A stretch of DNA of 63,740 nucleotides, counting the filler. It is 8 parts of 8 records of this genome, joined end to end, with 100 filler letters (N's around TTAATTAATTAA, not from the genome) between each part and the next. Parts side by side here need not be neighbours in the genome. Positions count along the whole stretch, not along the records: positions 1 to 5,560 come from SRR31147125_38042; positions 5,661 to 15,338 come from SRR31147125_38123; 6 more parts are not named here. One strand, given 5' to 3'. Every line of letters begins with the position of its first letter. Positions within the stretch are counted from its first letter, which is position 1. Shown here piece after piece: positions 1-10,037 of the stretch. The notes under the pieces are model-generated. The model did not search any database. It was given only the letters and a program-made list of their open reading frames with translations, and was not told the origin of the DNA. A program made the position numbers and the translations under genes.

Positions 1-363
1 CCCCCCTCCGCAGTATGGAGTGCAGACGGATCCACCTGCGAAACCCGGTCCCCCCTGATAACCTTTACTGTTCAGCAACGGCTGCAGGGTAAACTTCGTT
101 CCGACCTTGTACTGACCCATCCAACGGTCACCAACCTCGACAATCTCTCCGGACATTTCAGGACCGATCATAATCGGATTCTCCCCCGGCTTCCCGGGGA
201 CTCTCTTCCGGCCCGGCCCCGTGGCAGTAGCCCTGGAGCTGCTTACAGAAAGGCTTGTCGCCAGGACCTTTACAAGGATCTCATCGTCCCTGATTTCGGG
301 AAGTTCAAATTCCTCCAGCCTGAAATCATCCTTTCCATACAATCGAACAGCTTTCGTCTTCAT
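1..363 (-). CDS. MDR-superfamily dehydrogenase, L-sorbose-1-phosphate reductase (SorE)-like; 3' end truncated by window edge
   Basis: Hand translation from ATG at 363: MKTKAVRLYGKDDFRLEEFELPEIRDDEILVKV...NPIMIGPEMSGEIVEVG...FTLQP, the GroES-like N-terminus of PTS-linked sugar-phosphate reductases. Absent from the ORF track. Confidence 0.8.
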   Translation of the reverse strand, partial: MKTKAVRLYGKDDFRLEEFELPEIRDDEILVKVLATSLSVSSSRATATGPGRKRVPGKPGENPIMIGPEMSGEIVEVGDRWMGQYKVGTKFTLQPLLNSKGYQGGPGFAGGSVCTPYCGGG

Positions 364-411
364 TTTTCCTGCTTAAAACTTCAATCAAAACTTCTGAGTA
401 AAACAAAAGTT

Positions 412-870
412 TTAAAGATCCAGCCCCTTCAGAATCTCAAGAATTTCTTCCCTGGTTCCCGCAGCCAGAATCTTTTCGATGGCAGGCTCATCATCACAGA
501 GGTCCGCAATCTGTACGATAGCCTCCTCGTTATGCTCCTTAACACTGGGTGCTGCCAGATAGATGAGAAGCTTGATGGGATCGTTTTCGGCTTCGCCCGA
601 TGCAACCCCGTCTTTCAAAGTGACCAGAGAGTAACCGAGTTTCAAAGCGCCCTCTTCCGGTCTGGCGTGGGGCATGGCAATCCCCGGGGCAATAACAATG
701 TAGGGACCATTATCCCGGCATTTCTGTACGATAGTCTCAAGATACTCCTGCGTACAACTCCCCTTCTCTGTCATCAGCCGGCCGCCCTTTATGATGGCAT
801 CTTCCCAGGAATCCGCCTCAAGATTGGCGATGACCGCCTCTTCGTTAATTACATAATCCAAAAAACCCAT
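412..870 (-). CDS. PTS sugar transporter EIIA component (mannitol/ascorbate type)
   Basis: GPYIVIAPGIAMPHARPE phospho-His motif; directly downstream of the EIICB gene. Confidence 0.9.
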   Translation of the reverse strand: MGFLDYVINEEAVIANLEADSWEDAIIKGGRLMTEKGSCTQEYLETIVQKCRDNGPYIVIAPGIAMPHARPEEGALKLGYSLVTLKDGVASGEAENDPIKLLIYLAAPSVKEHNEEAIVQIADLCDDEPAIEKILAAGTREEILEILKGLDL

Positions 871-894
871 GATTACTCCCTGTTGAAATTAATA

Positions 895-920
895 TGCGGC
901 GGAGCATAAGCCCCGCCGCA
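895..920. terminator. GC-rich hairpin between EIICB and EIIA
   Basis: tgcggcggagc-ataa-gccccgccgca stem-loop; weak U tail, so it may be an mRNA-stability hairpin. Confidence 0.45.
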
Positions 921-932
921 GATAAAGCATAT

Positions 933-2315
933 CTATTTATTCTGCTTGACGACGGTTTCAACCACGTCCTTGTATTCCGGAGCATTAACCAGGTTGGTCA
1001 CTCCAAAGCAGAGAGCCTTGGTTCCGGTGGCTTTAACACGTTCCATCAGATCCTTGTGGGAAATGACTATCTGAGCATCAGCCGGAATATCATCGACCGA
1101 GCAGTGCTCAACCTTGATGTCCTGTTCGGCAGCCTTAAGCATCTTGGTCAGCTTGTTGGCACCCATGGCACTGGAACCCATACCGGCATCACAGGCAAAG
1201 TAGATGTTGGAAATCTTGCCAACACCCTTAAGGTCAGCGACCTGCGCCTTGGCAGCTTCAAGTTTATCTTCGCCTTCATCGGCGTCGAACTTTCTTAAGA
1301 AAGGCATGGCAATAATGAAGGATACCGCAGTTGCGATGATAACACCCATGAGAATCTGGAAATGACCGCCCTTGGGAGAAACCATCATCAGGGCAAAGAT
1401 GGAACCGGGGGACGGAGAGGCAACAGCACCGGAACCGAGGACCAGGTTAGTAAGGACACCAGCGGCTCCCCCACCCATGGCGGCAAGAATCAGAATCGGT
1501 TTCATAAGAATGTAGGGGAAGTAAATCTCATGGATACCACCGAAGAAATGGATAATAATGGCACCGGGAGCAGAGGCCTTGATGTTGCCCTTGGCAAAGA
1601 CCCAGTAAGCCAGAAGAATACCAAGACCGGGACCGGGGTTGGTTTCCAGAAGGAAGAGGATCGATTTTCCCGATTCCTGTACCTGCGCCATACCGAGGGG
1701 AGTAAAGATACCGTGGTTTATGGCGTTGTTAAGGAAAAGGACCTTACCCGGTTCAATAAAGATAGAAGCCAGGGGAAGGAGTTTGGCATCAACGACAAAG
1801 CCGACACCGGCCTGAAGAATACCGATTATGAAAGACATAACCGGACCGATGAGCCAGTAACCGATAAGGGCCAGGAGAGCGCCGAGGATTCCGGCAGAGA
1901 AGTTGTCGATAAGCATCTCAAAACCGACGGCGACCTTTCCTTCGAAAAACTTGTCGGATTTTTTGATGACCCATCCGCCTAAGGGACCCATCATCATACC
2001 ACCGATGAACATCGGAACATCAGAACCAACAATTACACCCATGGTGGCAATAGCACCTACGACACCACCCCGGGTTCCTCCAACCATCTTACCACCGGTA
2101 TAACCGATAAGTAAGGGAAGAAGATTGACAATCATCGGTCCTACCAGGGAGGACATTCTCTCATTGGGAATCCATCCTGTCGGGATAAACAGGGTCGTAA
2201 TAAGACCCCAGGCGATAAATGCCCCGATATTGGGCATTATCATGCCGCTCATAAAACGGCCGAATTGCTGCAGCCGGGCTCTGCCCGATGCTGACTTTCC
2301 TGCTACATCACTCAT
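933..2315 (-). CDS. mtlA: PTS mannitol-specific EIICB
   Basis: QQFGRFMSGMIMPNIGAFIAWG, FLNNAINHG, ETNPGPGLG, GGIHEIYFP and the EIIB P-loop ACDAGMGSSAMG. Confidence 0.93.
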   Translation of the reverse strand: MSDVAGKSASGRARLQQFGRFMSGMIMPNIGAFIAWGLITTLFIPTGWIPNERMSSLVGPMIVNLLPLLIGYTGGKMVGGTRGGVVGAIATMGVIVGSDVPMFIGGMMMGPLGGWVIKKSDKFFEGKVAVGFEMLIDNFSAGILGALLALIGYWLIGPVMSFIIGILQAGVGFVVDAKLLPLASIFIEPGKVLFLNNAINHGIFTPLGMAQVQESGKSILFLLETNPGPGLGILLAYWVFAKGNIKASAPGAIIIHFFGGIHEIYFPYILMKPILILAAMGGGAAGVLTNLVLGSGAVASPSPGSIFALMMVSPKGGHFQILMGVIIATAVSFIIAMPFLRKFDADEGEDKLEAAKAQVADLKGVGKISNIYFACDAGMGSSAMGANKLTKMLKAAEQDIKVEHCSVDDIPADAQIVISHKDLMERVKATGTKALCFGVTNLVNAPEYKDVVETVVKQNK

Positions 2316-2695
2316 AAAAAACCTCCAAAACAGTTTGTATTGAAATTATGGGGCCGGTCTGAGAATCCTGCAAGAAAAAGCAAATCTTATTTGGCATTAA
2401 TCAAACCCATCGTTTTTGGCAGGATTCAGAGGCCTTTTTAGCTCGAAATCGGAGGAAAAAGGGGGTTGGTGGGCAGAAAACGGGAATTTCAGCGTCTTTT
2501 CTCAATAGAAAAGATAGATAAAATGAGGCACCGTCCCTGGCGGATAGAGGAGAATCCCCGCCATCAAACTTTTTGGCAACAATAGCCCTAGAAGTCAGAG
2601 CCATCCTGATTATTTGCAGATATGAAGGACAGAGGCGTGAAATAAGTTGACTTCAACAGAGCCGCCCTCTAGACTTGAAGTACCGGTAAGGAGAA

Positions 2696-4306
2696 ATGAT
2701 GAACCTGAAAGAAAAATCCCACAACAACTACGCCGATGCGGTCATCGACATAAGATTGAAGGCCCCCTTATTAATGGTAATTATGCTGATCCTGGACGTT
2801 CTGGCGACAGTTCTGGTCCTGGGAGATTTCATCGGCGCCGAACCTCTCTCTGAAATTCTGGCCCACCTTATCCTCTGGGCCCTGATTATTGCCGCCACCG
2901 CAGGGATCTACATCGGAAAGTATCGGCTTGTAAGCAATATTTTCTTCCCCTTCATCGAAGTATCCTTTTTAATTCTCAGACTTTTGGAGCCCTATGAAGG
3001 AGGTCTATCCATCGCTCTTTTCGCGGCGATCCTGGGTTCCTTCCTGGTCTTCGGGGCTATTTTCATTCCCAACAGAAAGATCATTTTCGCCCTCTGTATC
3101 GGCTATCTGGCGGCCTACAGCGGCTATGTTGTGTTTATCGCCCTGCCCTCCCTGGAGGCACTCCCCCTCCGCCAGGATCAATTGATCTACCCGTCCATCG
3201 CCGCCTTCTCCATAGGTTCCGGTCTGATTATTACAAGGGTCATATTTGATCGGATTATTAAGGCCAACAGGGATACCACGGCGGAAATCCGGCAAAAGGA
3301 GAGCTGGACCCGGCAGCTGGCGGTCTCCTCCTCGGAGCAGATGTCAAAATCCGAAGATCTCCTCCATGAAGCCGGAGAAACATTTCAGGCTTCCCATGAG
3401 ATAGAAAAGAATGTTGCCGCCATCGAAGGCCGTTTTGGAATGCTCAACGAGAAAATGGATGAGGCCGTTGGTACCCTTGAACATGTAAAGAGATCGGTTA
3501 TCGATATGATCCGGCTGTCGGACGACCAGTCCGCCCGGATTGATGAATCGGCAGAGGATGCCAGCCGAATGGCAGAGGCCATCACAACGGTTTCAGAGGT
3601 TATCGGTCAGCGAACAACGGAAATTGATCAGCTTACAGAAAGTGCCTCCCGGGGAAAAGTCAGTGTAGAAGGCACGATGACATCTTTTTCCCGGGTTGAA
3701 GAACTTGTAAACGGAATCAAGAATATGGCAGGAATCATCTCGGATATCGCCGAAAGGACCAACCTGCTGGCCATGAACGCCTCCATTCAAGCCGCCCACG
3801 CAGGCGAGGCGGGAAAGGGTTTTGCCGTCGTTGCCGGGGAGATTCGGACCCTTTCAGAGTCGACGGCCAAAAGTGCCGGCTCCATTGCCGAGTCCATCAC
3901 CGAACTGATCAGGGCCATGACCGAGGCCGACGGCTCCCTGGGCAGCACCCGGACGATATTTCAGGAGCTTGCCGAGGAAATCGAATCTTTCGGCAGGTCC
4001 ATCAGGGAGATTGGACAAAACCTGAACGATCTTGATACCGGCAGGGAAGCGATCCTTGCTTCAAACAGCGCTCTGAAACAGAACTCGGAAACCGCAAGCC
4101 AGCAGGCGAAAATCGTCGATGCGGCCCGGAACTCCATCACCGCCTCTATCAGCGAGGTATCGACCCTCACCGCAGAGATGGGTGAAGACACCGGAGAAAT
4201 CAACAGACAGGTCAACCTGATCAGCGGGTCCATGGGAAAGATCCAGAAAATGGCCAGGGAACTGGAAGACATAATCCGAAGCCTGAACAAAGAGTTCGAA
4301 GATTGA
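2696..4306 (+). CDS. Methyl-accepting chemotaxis protein with multi-TM N-terminus
   Basis: About 6 hydrophobic segments, then the signalling hairpin IAERTNLLAMNASIQAAHAGEAGKGFAVVAGEIRTLSE. Confidence 0.92.
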   Translation: MMNLKEKSHNNYADAVIDIRLKAPLLMVIMLILDVLATVLVLGDFIGAEPLSEILAHLILWALIIAATAGIYIGKYRLVSNIFFPFIEVSFLILRLLEPYEGGLSIALFAAILGSFLVFGAIFIPNRKIIFALCIGYLAAYSGYVVFIALPSLEALPLRQDQLIYPSIAAFSIGSGLIITRVIFDRIIKANRDTTAEIRQKESWTRQLAVSSSEQMSKSEDLLHEAGETFQASHEIEKNVAAIEGRFGMLNEKMDEAVGTLEHVKRSVIDMIRLSDDQSARIDESAEDASRMAEAITTVSEVIGQRTTEIDQLTESASRGKVSVEGTMTSFSRVEELVNGIKNMAGIISDIAERTNLLAMNASIQAAHAGEAGKGFAVVAGEIRTLSESTAKSAGSIAESITELIRAMTEADGSLGSTRTIFQELAEEIESFGRSIREIGQNLNDLDTGREAILASNSALKQNSETASQQAKIVDAARNSITASISEVSTLTAEMGEDTGEINRQVNLISGSMGKIQKMARELEDIIRSLNKEFED

Positions 4307-4310
4307 CGTT

Positions 4311-4332
4311 CCCGCCGTTTACCCGGCGGGTT
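4311..4332 (+). terminator. Hairpin after the MCP gene
   Basis: cccgccg-tttacc-cggcggg-tt directly after the stop codon. Confidence 0.55.
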
Positions 4333-4385
4333 AAATCCATTAAGATTAAATTACCCTAATACCCTTAGATATAAGGAAGAAAACA

Positions 4386-5560
4386 ATGAAATATGAATTG
4401 ATGCACCCGGCCGATCAGATCGTTATGATCATGGAAAGGATCTACGGCTACGGGATGACAACAACCTCCGGCGGCAATCTCTCCATCCTCGACGACAACG
4501 GGGATATATGGATTACCCCCGGAAGCGTGGACAAAGGAACATTAACCCGAAAAGACATTATCTGTGTCCACCCCGACGGCTCCACTACCGGTCCTCATAA
4601 ACCGTCGGTGGAATTCCCCTTCCACAAATCGGTCTACGACAGGCGCTCTGACGTAAAAGCCCTCCTCCACGCCCATCCGCCGGCCCTGATCTCCTTTTCC
4701 ATCGCCCGGACCATTCCGGACACAAGGATTATCCCCAATGTCCATACAATATGTGGTGATGTGGGAATTGCGGAATATGAGGTTCCCGGCAGTATGGAAC
4801 TGGGACAGAATATCGCCAAGGTTCTGGAAAGCGGAATTAACACGGTTGTTCTGGAGAACCACGGCATTGTCACTGTAGCAGAAGATCTCTTTCAGGCCTT
4901 CATGCAGTTTGAAACCCTGGACTTCAGCGCCCGGCTGGAAATTGAATCCCGAAAGATCGGCACTCCCGTCTCCCTCACCGATGAGCAGCTGGAACTATCG
5001 GGCCTTAAACATCCCGAACCTCTGGCGGAGTTCATCCCCGAAACGATCTCCAGTACCGAAAAGGACGCCCGGTACCAGATGTGCAGCCTTATTCACAGGG
5101 CCTATGACCAGAGACTCTTCACCTCAACCCAGGGAACCTTTTCCCAGAGGCTGGAGGAGGATTCCTTTCTTATCACCCCCTTCAACAGGGATAGAAAATA
5201 CCTGGAACCCGAGGATATCGTCCGGATTGACGGTGGATGGAAGGAAGCGGGAAAATTCCCCAGCCGTTCGGTTAACCTCCACAGGGAAATTTACAAGAAA
5301 AATCCGGATATTAACTCTCTGATCATCGCTCATCCGCCCCATATTATGGCATTCAGCATAACCAAAGAGGAGTTCGATACAAGAACGATCCCCGAAAGCT
5401 ACGTCATGCTCCGGGACATTCCGATAATGGAGTACGGAACCAATATCACCGCACCGGAAAAAATCGCCGATTCCCTCTCAGAGGAGGTCCCCCTTCTAAT
5501 GATAGAGAACGATTGTCTGGTTGTTTCCGGAAAAAGCCTACTCAACGCCTTCGACAGGCT
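4386..5560 (+). CDS. Class II aldolase/adducin-family protein with two tandem domains; truncated at gap
   Basis: TTSGGNLS, PSVEFPFH, HAHPP and LENHG in domain 1; TSTQGTFS, PSRSVNLH and AHPP in domain 2. Confidence 0.88.
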
Positions 5561-5660
5561 NNNNNNNNNNNNNNNNNNNNNNNNNNNNNNNNNNNNNNNN
5601 NNNNTTAATTAATTAANNNNNNNNNNNNNNNNNNNNNNNNNNNNNNNNNNNNNNNNNNNN
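5561..5660. other. Artificial contig spacer
   Basis: 100-nt N run with central TTAATTAATTAA (stops in all six frames). Confidence 0.98.
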
Positions 5661-7843
5661 CCAATTGAATTATCCATAGGGTTAAACCATGCTGCTTCTG
5701 TTCCTTTAGATTGTACCGGTATCCATTTATCAATCTTTTCGCCAGACCAATTGCTGATGAAATAACAAGTTTGTTCAGAACGTTTTACCCTTGCAAACCA
5801 TAATCCTTCGTTGGCTAAAAGTTCTTCGTTGATATTTTCATCATTGAGCATTTTTACAACATTGGAGCCAGCTAAAATATTTCCTTTTCCATGGTTAGAG
5901 AATTGATATCCTTTATCTTCTGTAGGTGTCAATCCATCTTTTAAGTTTTTAATTTCAACTTGTTGTTCCTCGAAATTATAAAATCCGGGAACTTTATCGG
6001 GTATTTCATTTTCAAATATAATTGGCGCCCCTGCTTTTGCCAGTTCGAACAGGTGATTTAATGTTTCCAATGGGATGTATTCACATTTTGGCACCAAAAT
6101 AGTTTTGTAGGAAGCCCCGGCCGATTGAATCTTGCCCTTTTCAAAACTCAATTTTTTGATCTGACGGTCGGATATATAATCCAAGGTAAAACCATTCTCA
6201 ATTAATGTATAACTTAATTCTTTTGTCAAATCCTCTGTATGCATTCCAAAGTGCTGTAACATGCTCCTACCTTTATCAGACCATTTTTGATAAATCGGGA
6301 AATAAAGCAAGATATCGTTATCTGGTGTTGCATTTTGCATAAACGACTGGCAATTTGCTACATACTGGTTAACTGTTTTTAAATCTTCCCACCAGGAATT
6401 TGTAGGGGCGAAATGAACAGCAGCATAGAACATCCATCCTGGCCATTCATCAGCTTTTGGAGAATACGGTGTTCCATGATAAACAATATGATTCACACCG
6501 TGGGCAAGGTATCTGTCCGCATTCTGTTTAACTGCCGAAAGGTTGCTAAGAAAATGCTCATCAAGCCATGTTGCAGATTCGCACGCAATTAATGGCTTAC
6601 CTGATGTATGTCCGGCAGATGTCGCCATTTTTATACGCATCGGATCTGTTCCTTCTGTTTCAGGAATATCGCTTGCTTCGTATAAATCAAGGATATTTGC
6701 CGGTGAACCATGTGCCTGGTTGCGAATGGTTGCTCCATGTGTTTTTGCCCAATCAGCCCAAACAACAGTAAATTTTTCCAAAATTAAATCCGAAATGGTT
6801 TCTCGATAGTCACACAATATACGAGCGTTCATCTCTTCCGTATCTAACCCTAAAAGTGCGGGTAAGTGATTTTTTAAGTTGTACCCCCTTCTTTGTTGGA
6901 ACTCATCAAAAAATTTAGGTGTCCAATTAGATTCTCCCCGCGCATCATCTACCTCGTAAGAATCGTTAAAGAAGGCTCGTAACCCGCTAAGATCGAATCC
7001 TTCAGAGTTTTTGTCATAATCACTTAAAAATAAATTAATCGCTTCTTCAGAAAAATGATCAATTACATTTCCTTCACCGCCAGTTCCGGCACGTTCTACC
7101 ATTTTCCCGTGCCATCCTTGGAAAACTGCATATAACTCCCAGTTTCCTTCAGGAGCAGTCCAGGTAAGAATACCTTCATGATTAACTTTATCCGTTAATT
7201 CAATAATTTCACCATTGTTGTTATATGCCATAAGTGTTTGGAGGGGCAGGGGCTTATCGAATCGTACCTGCTCCAAAGCAAGTTCCTGTAAATTTTCGTT
7301 GCTACTTATTGGGAATTTTATATCCGTAATGTCTAATCTTTTTCCGATGGCCCTAACCATAGGTTCCTGAATAAATTCAACCTTTTCAATTAATGACTCA
7401 CCCGATTTTAAAGTAAATTTTTTGAATTGAACATTTTTACAAGCATGCTCTGCATTTATCCATGGCCCGCCGAAAGGCCAACCCGAAGCATTTGCTAAAT
7501 CAACCCCCAGGCCAAGTCGTTTTCCCTCTTTTAGCGTATGCTCCAACATTTCCATCCATTCTTTTGACTGAAAACTGATGGATTGATCTTCGTATCCTTT
7601 AACATCGTAAATTGGGGTTATTTCAACACCACCAAATCCTGCATCCTTTAATTCTTCCAGGTTTGCTGTTATGTCTTCTTTATTTACAGCACTTCCATGC
7701 CACCACCACCTTGTCCATGGTTTTGTTTCGTTGGTTTGTTTAGGCCACGCAACTTCTTGATTCTGAATACTCTCATTTGAACAAGAAAAACCAATAAAAG
7801 TAATAAGGAATAAAAATAATTTTGAATAGGTAAATTTTTTCAT
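5661..7843 (-). CDS. Glycoside hydrolase family 106 (alpha-L-rhamnosidase-like) lipoprotein; 3' truncated
   Basis: KPWTRWWWHGS, GFGGVEITPIY, GWPFGGPW and FFNDSYEV motifs; lipobox-like GFSC. Confidence 0.85.
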
Positions 7844-8050
7844 TTCTAATTAAAGTGACTAATTAATAATTATTGATGTTTGTATATATCTATATGAGCT
7901 GATAATCATCCACATGACATCTGCCATAAAATACGACAATAAAACTCAACCCACCGGGCTGATTCACTAAATTAGAAATGTTAGTTCTATAAAATCGATG
8001 TAAATTTAGTAACTATTCACTGGGAAACAAATAAGAATTTTAAAGAATAA

Positions 8051-8101
8051 AAAAATAAGGGGAAAAATTAGTGTTAGTCTTAAGTATAATTTCCCCTTAT
8101 T
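8051..8101 (-). terminator. Rho-independent terminator of pruA
   Basis: ataaggggaaa...tttccccttat inverted repeat, followed by a T run on the minus strand. Confidence 0.65.
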
Positions 8102-8133
8102 AAGATAGTTAGTAGAAAGAATTATAGTCAGAA

Positions 8134-9765
8134 TTATTCTTTGTCCATAAATGGATATCTATAATCTGTTGGAGGAACAAAATTTTCTTTAATCGATCTT
8201 GGAGAAGTCCAACGTAATAGGTTAATCATAGAACCTGCCTTATCATTTGTGCCGGAACCTCTACCCCCTCCAAAGGGTTGTTGATTTACTACAGCACCGG
8301 TAGGCTTATCGTTGATATAGAAATTACCCGCTGCATGAGATAATTTTTTAGTTGTCATTTCAATAACAAACCTGTCTTTTGCAAAAACAGCACCTGTTAA
8401 TCCATAGATTGATGTTTTATCAAGAATTTCTAATGTTTCCTCGTATTTATCATCAGCATAAACATAAATTGTTAAAACAGGCCCAAAAATTTCTTCCTCC
8501 ATGGTCACATAATTCGGATCTGTTGTAACGATTACGGTAGGATCAATAAAATATCCTTTTGATTTGTCGTAAGAGCCACCAACAATTATTTCAGCCTCTT
8601 TGTCGTCTTTTGCCCTATCAATGTATCCTGCAATTTTATCAAACGAACTTTCGTCGATTACAGCCGTATAGAAATTTTCAAAATTTTCAGGGCTTCCAAT
8701 AGGAAAAGATTTTACGTCCTCTACCAAATATTTCTTAACATCTTCCCATTTACTTTCAGGGATATATGCCCTGGAAGCAGCAGAACATTTTTGGCCTTGA
8801 TACTCAAATGCACCACGGGATAGTGCTGTCGCAACTTGTTTTGCACCAGCAGAATTATGCATCATCACAAAATCTTTACCGCCAGTTTCTCCAACAATTC
8901 TTGGGTACGATTTATAATTGTGAATGTTTTGTCCGATTTTATTCCAGATTCCCTGGAAAACACCAGTTGAACCCGTAAAATGTATGCCTGCAAAATCAGG
9001 ATGAGAAAAGATTATATCTCCTGCAACTGGGCCTGAAGGGTAAATTAAATTAATTACACCATCCGGTAAACCTGCCTCTCTTAGAACTTCCATAAAAACC
9101 CAAGCAGAATATACTTGTGTTTTAGATGGTTTCCACACAACAACATTCCCCATCATAGCAGGAGATGTTGGTAAGTTTCCGGAAATAGCGGTGAAATTGA
9201 ATGGAGTTAGCGCAAAAATAAAACCTTCCAATCCTCTCCACTCTGTTTTGTTCCATATATTTTTTGATGATTCAGGTTGTAGCTTGTAGATACGAGTCAT
9301 ATACTCTACATTAAACCTGAGAAAATCGATTAATTCGCATGCAGCATCAATTTCTGATTGGTAAGCAGTTTTTGACTGACATAACATAGTAGCCGCATTA
9401 ATTTTTGCCCTGTAAGGGCCAGCAAGAAGATCCGCAGCTTTTAAAAAAATTGCAGCACGAGCTTCCCATGCAAGGTTACTCCATTCTTCTCTTGCTTCCA
9501 GCGCAGCATTTATTGCTTGTTCTACATGTTCTTTTTCTCCCTGATGAAAATGCCCAAGCGTGTGGTTTATGTCGTGTGGTGGATTTATTTCTTTTAAATT
9601 ACCACTAGTCACTTCTTGTCCGCCAATAAACATTGGTATTTCAACAGTCTTTGAGCGTGCTTCTGCAATAGCTTTTTTTAATTCTTCCCTCTCGGGTGTG
9701 TTTGGGGAATAAGATAAAACAGGTTCGTTTTTTACCTCGGGAACATTATAAAATCCGTTTGCCAT
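8134..9765 (-). CDS. pruA: L-glutamate gamma-semialdehyde (P5C) dehydrogenase
   Basis: EIDAACELIDF, PFNFTAI, HFTGST, GETGGKDF, AFEYQGQKCSA, EEIFGP and QQPFGGGRGSGTNDKAGS. Confidence 0.95.
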   Translation of the reverse strand: MANGFYNVPEVKNEPVLSYSPNTPEREELKKAIAEARSKTVEIPMFIGGQEVTSGNLKEINPPHDINHTLGHFHQGEKEHVEQAINAALEAREEWSNLAWEARAAIFLKAADLLAGPYRAKINAATMLCQSKTAYQSEIDAACELIDFLRFNVEYMTRIYKLQPESSKNIWNKTEWRGLEGFIFALTPFNFTAISGNLPTSPAMMGNVVVWKPSKTQVYSAWVFMEVLREAGLPDGVINLIYPSGPVAGDIIFSHPDFAGIHFTGSTGVFQGIWNKIGQNIHNYKSYPRIVGETGGKDFVMMHNSAGAKQVATALSRGAFEYQGQKCSAASRAYIPESKWEDVKKYLVEDVKSFPIGSPENFENFYTAVIDESSFDKIAGYIDRAKDDKEAEIIVGGSYDKSKGYFIDPTVIVTTDPNYVTMEEEIFGPVLTIYVYADDKYEETLEILDKTSIYGLTGAVFAKDRFVIEMTTKKLSHAAGNFYINDKPTGAVVNQQPFGGGRGSGTNDKAGSMINLLRWTSPRSIKENFVPPTDYRYPFMDKE

Positions 9766-10037
9766 TAAGATAATTTATTAAGATTAACAACTAAGGCATA
9801 AAATTAGAATGCGCGAGGTCTTTAAAAAATGACAATTATTAAGTATTACGTATTTCAGGACATGATTTTTGTCGTGTTTTTAAGAATTGGATAGAATTCT
9901 CGATTTCGATTTGTTTGATATTGTTATGATCATATAACATCTTTCAATCAAAGTTTTAGAGAATGTTGAAAATTATCAGTAAATTTAATTATTGGTATTT
10001 TAAGGGAGAGAACCATTAGAATAATTAACTCATTTTT

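Noticed and set aside
2360-2430. gaatcctgc...gcaggattc inverted repeat upstream of mtlA as an operator or antiterminator
   Set aside because: Only 9-bp arms with a long spacer; not enough to support a call.
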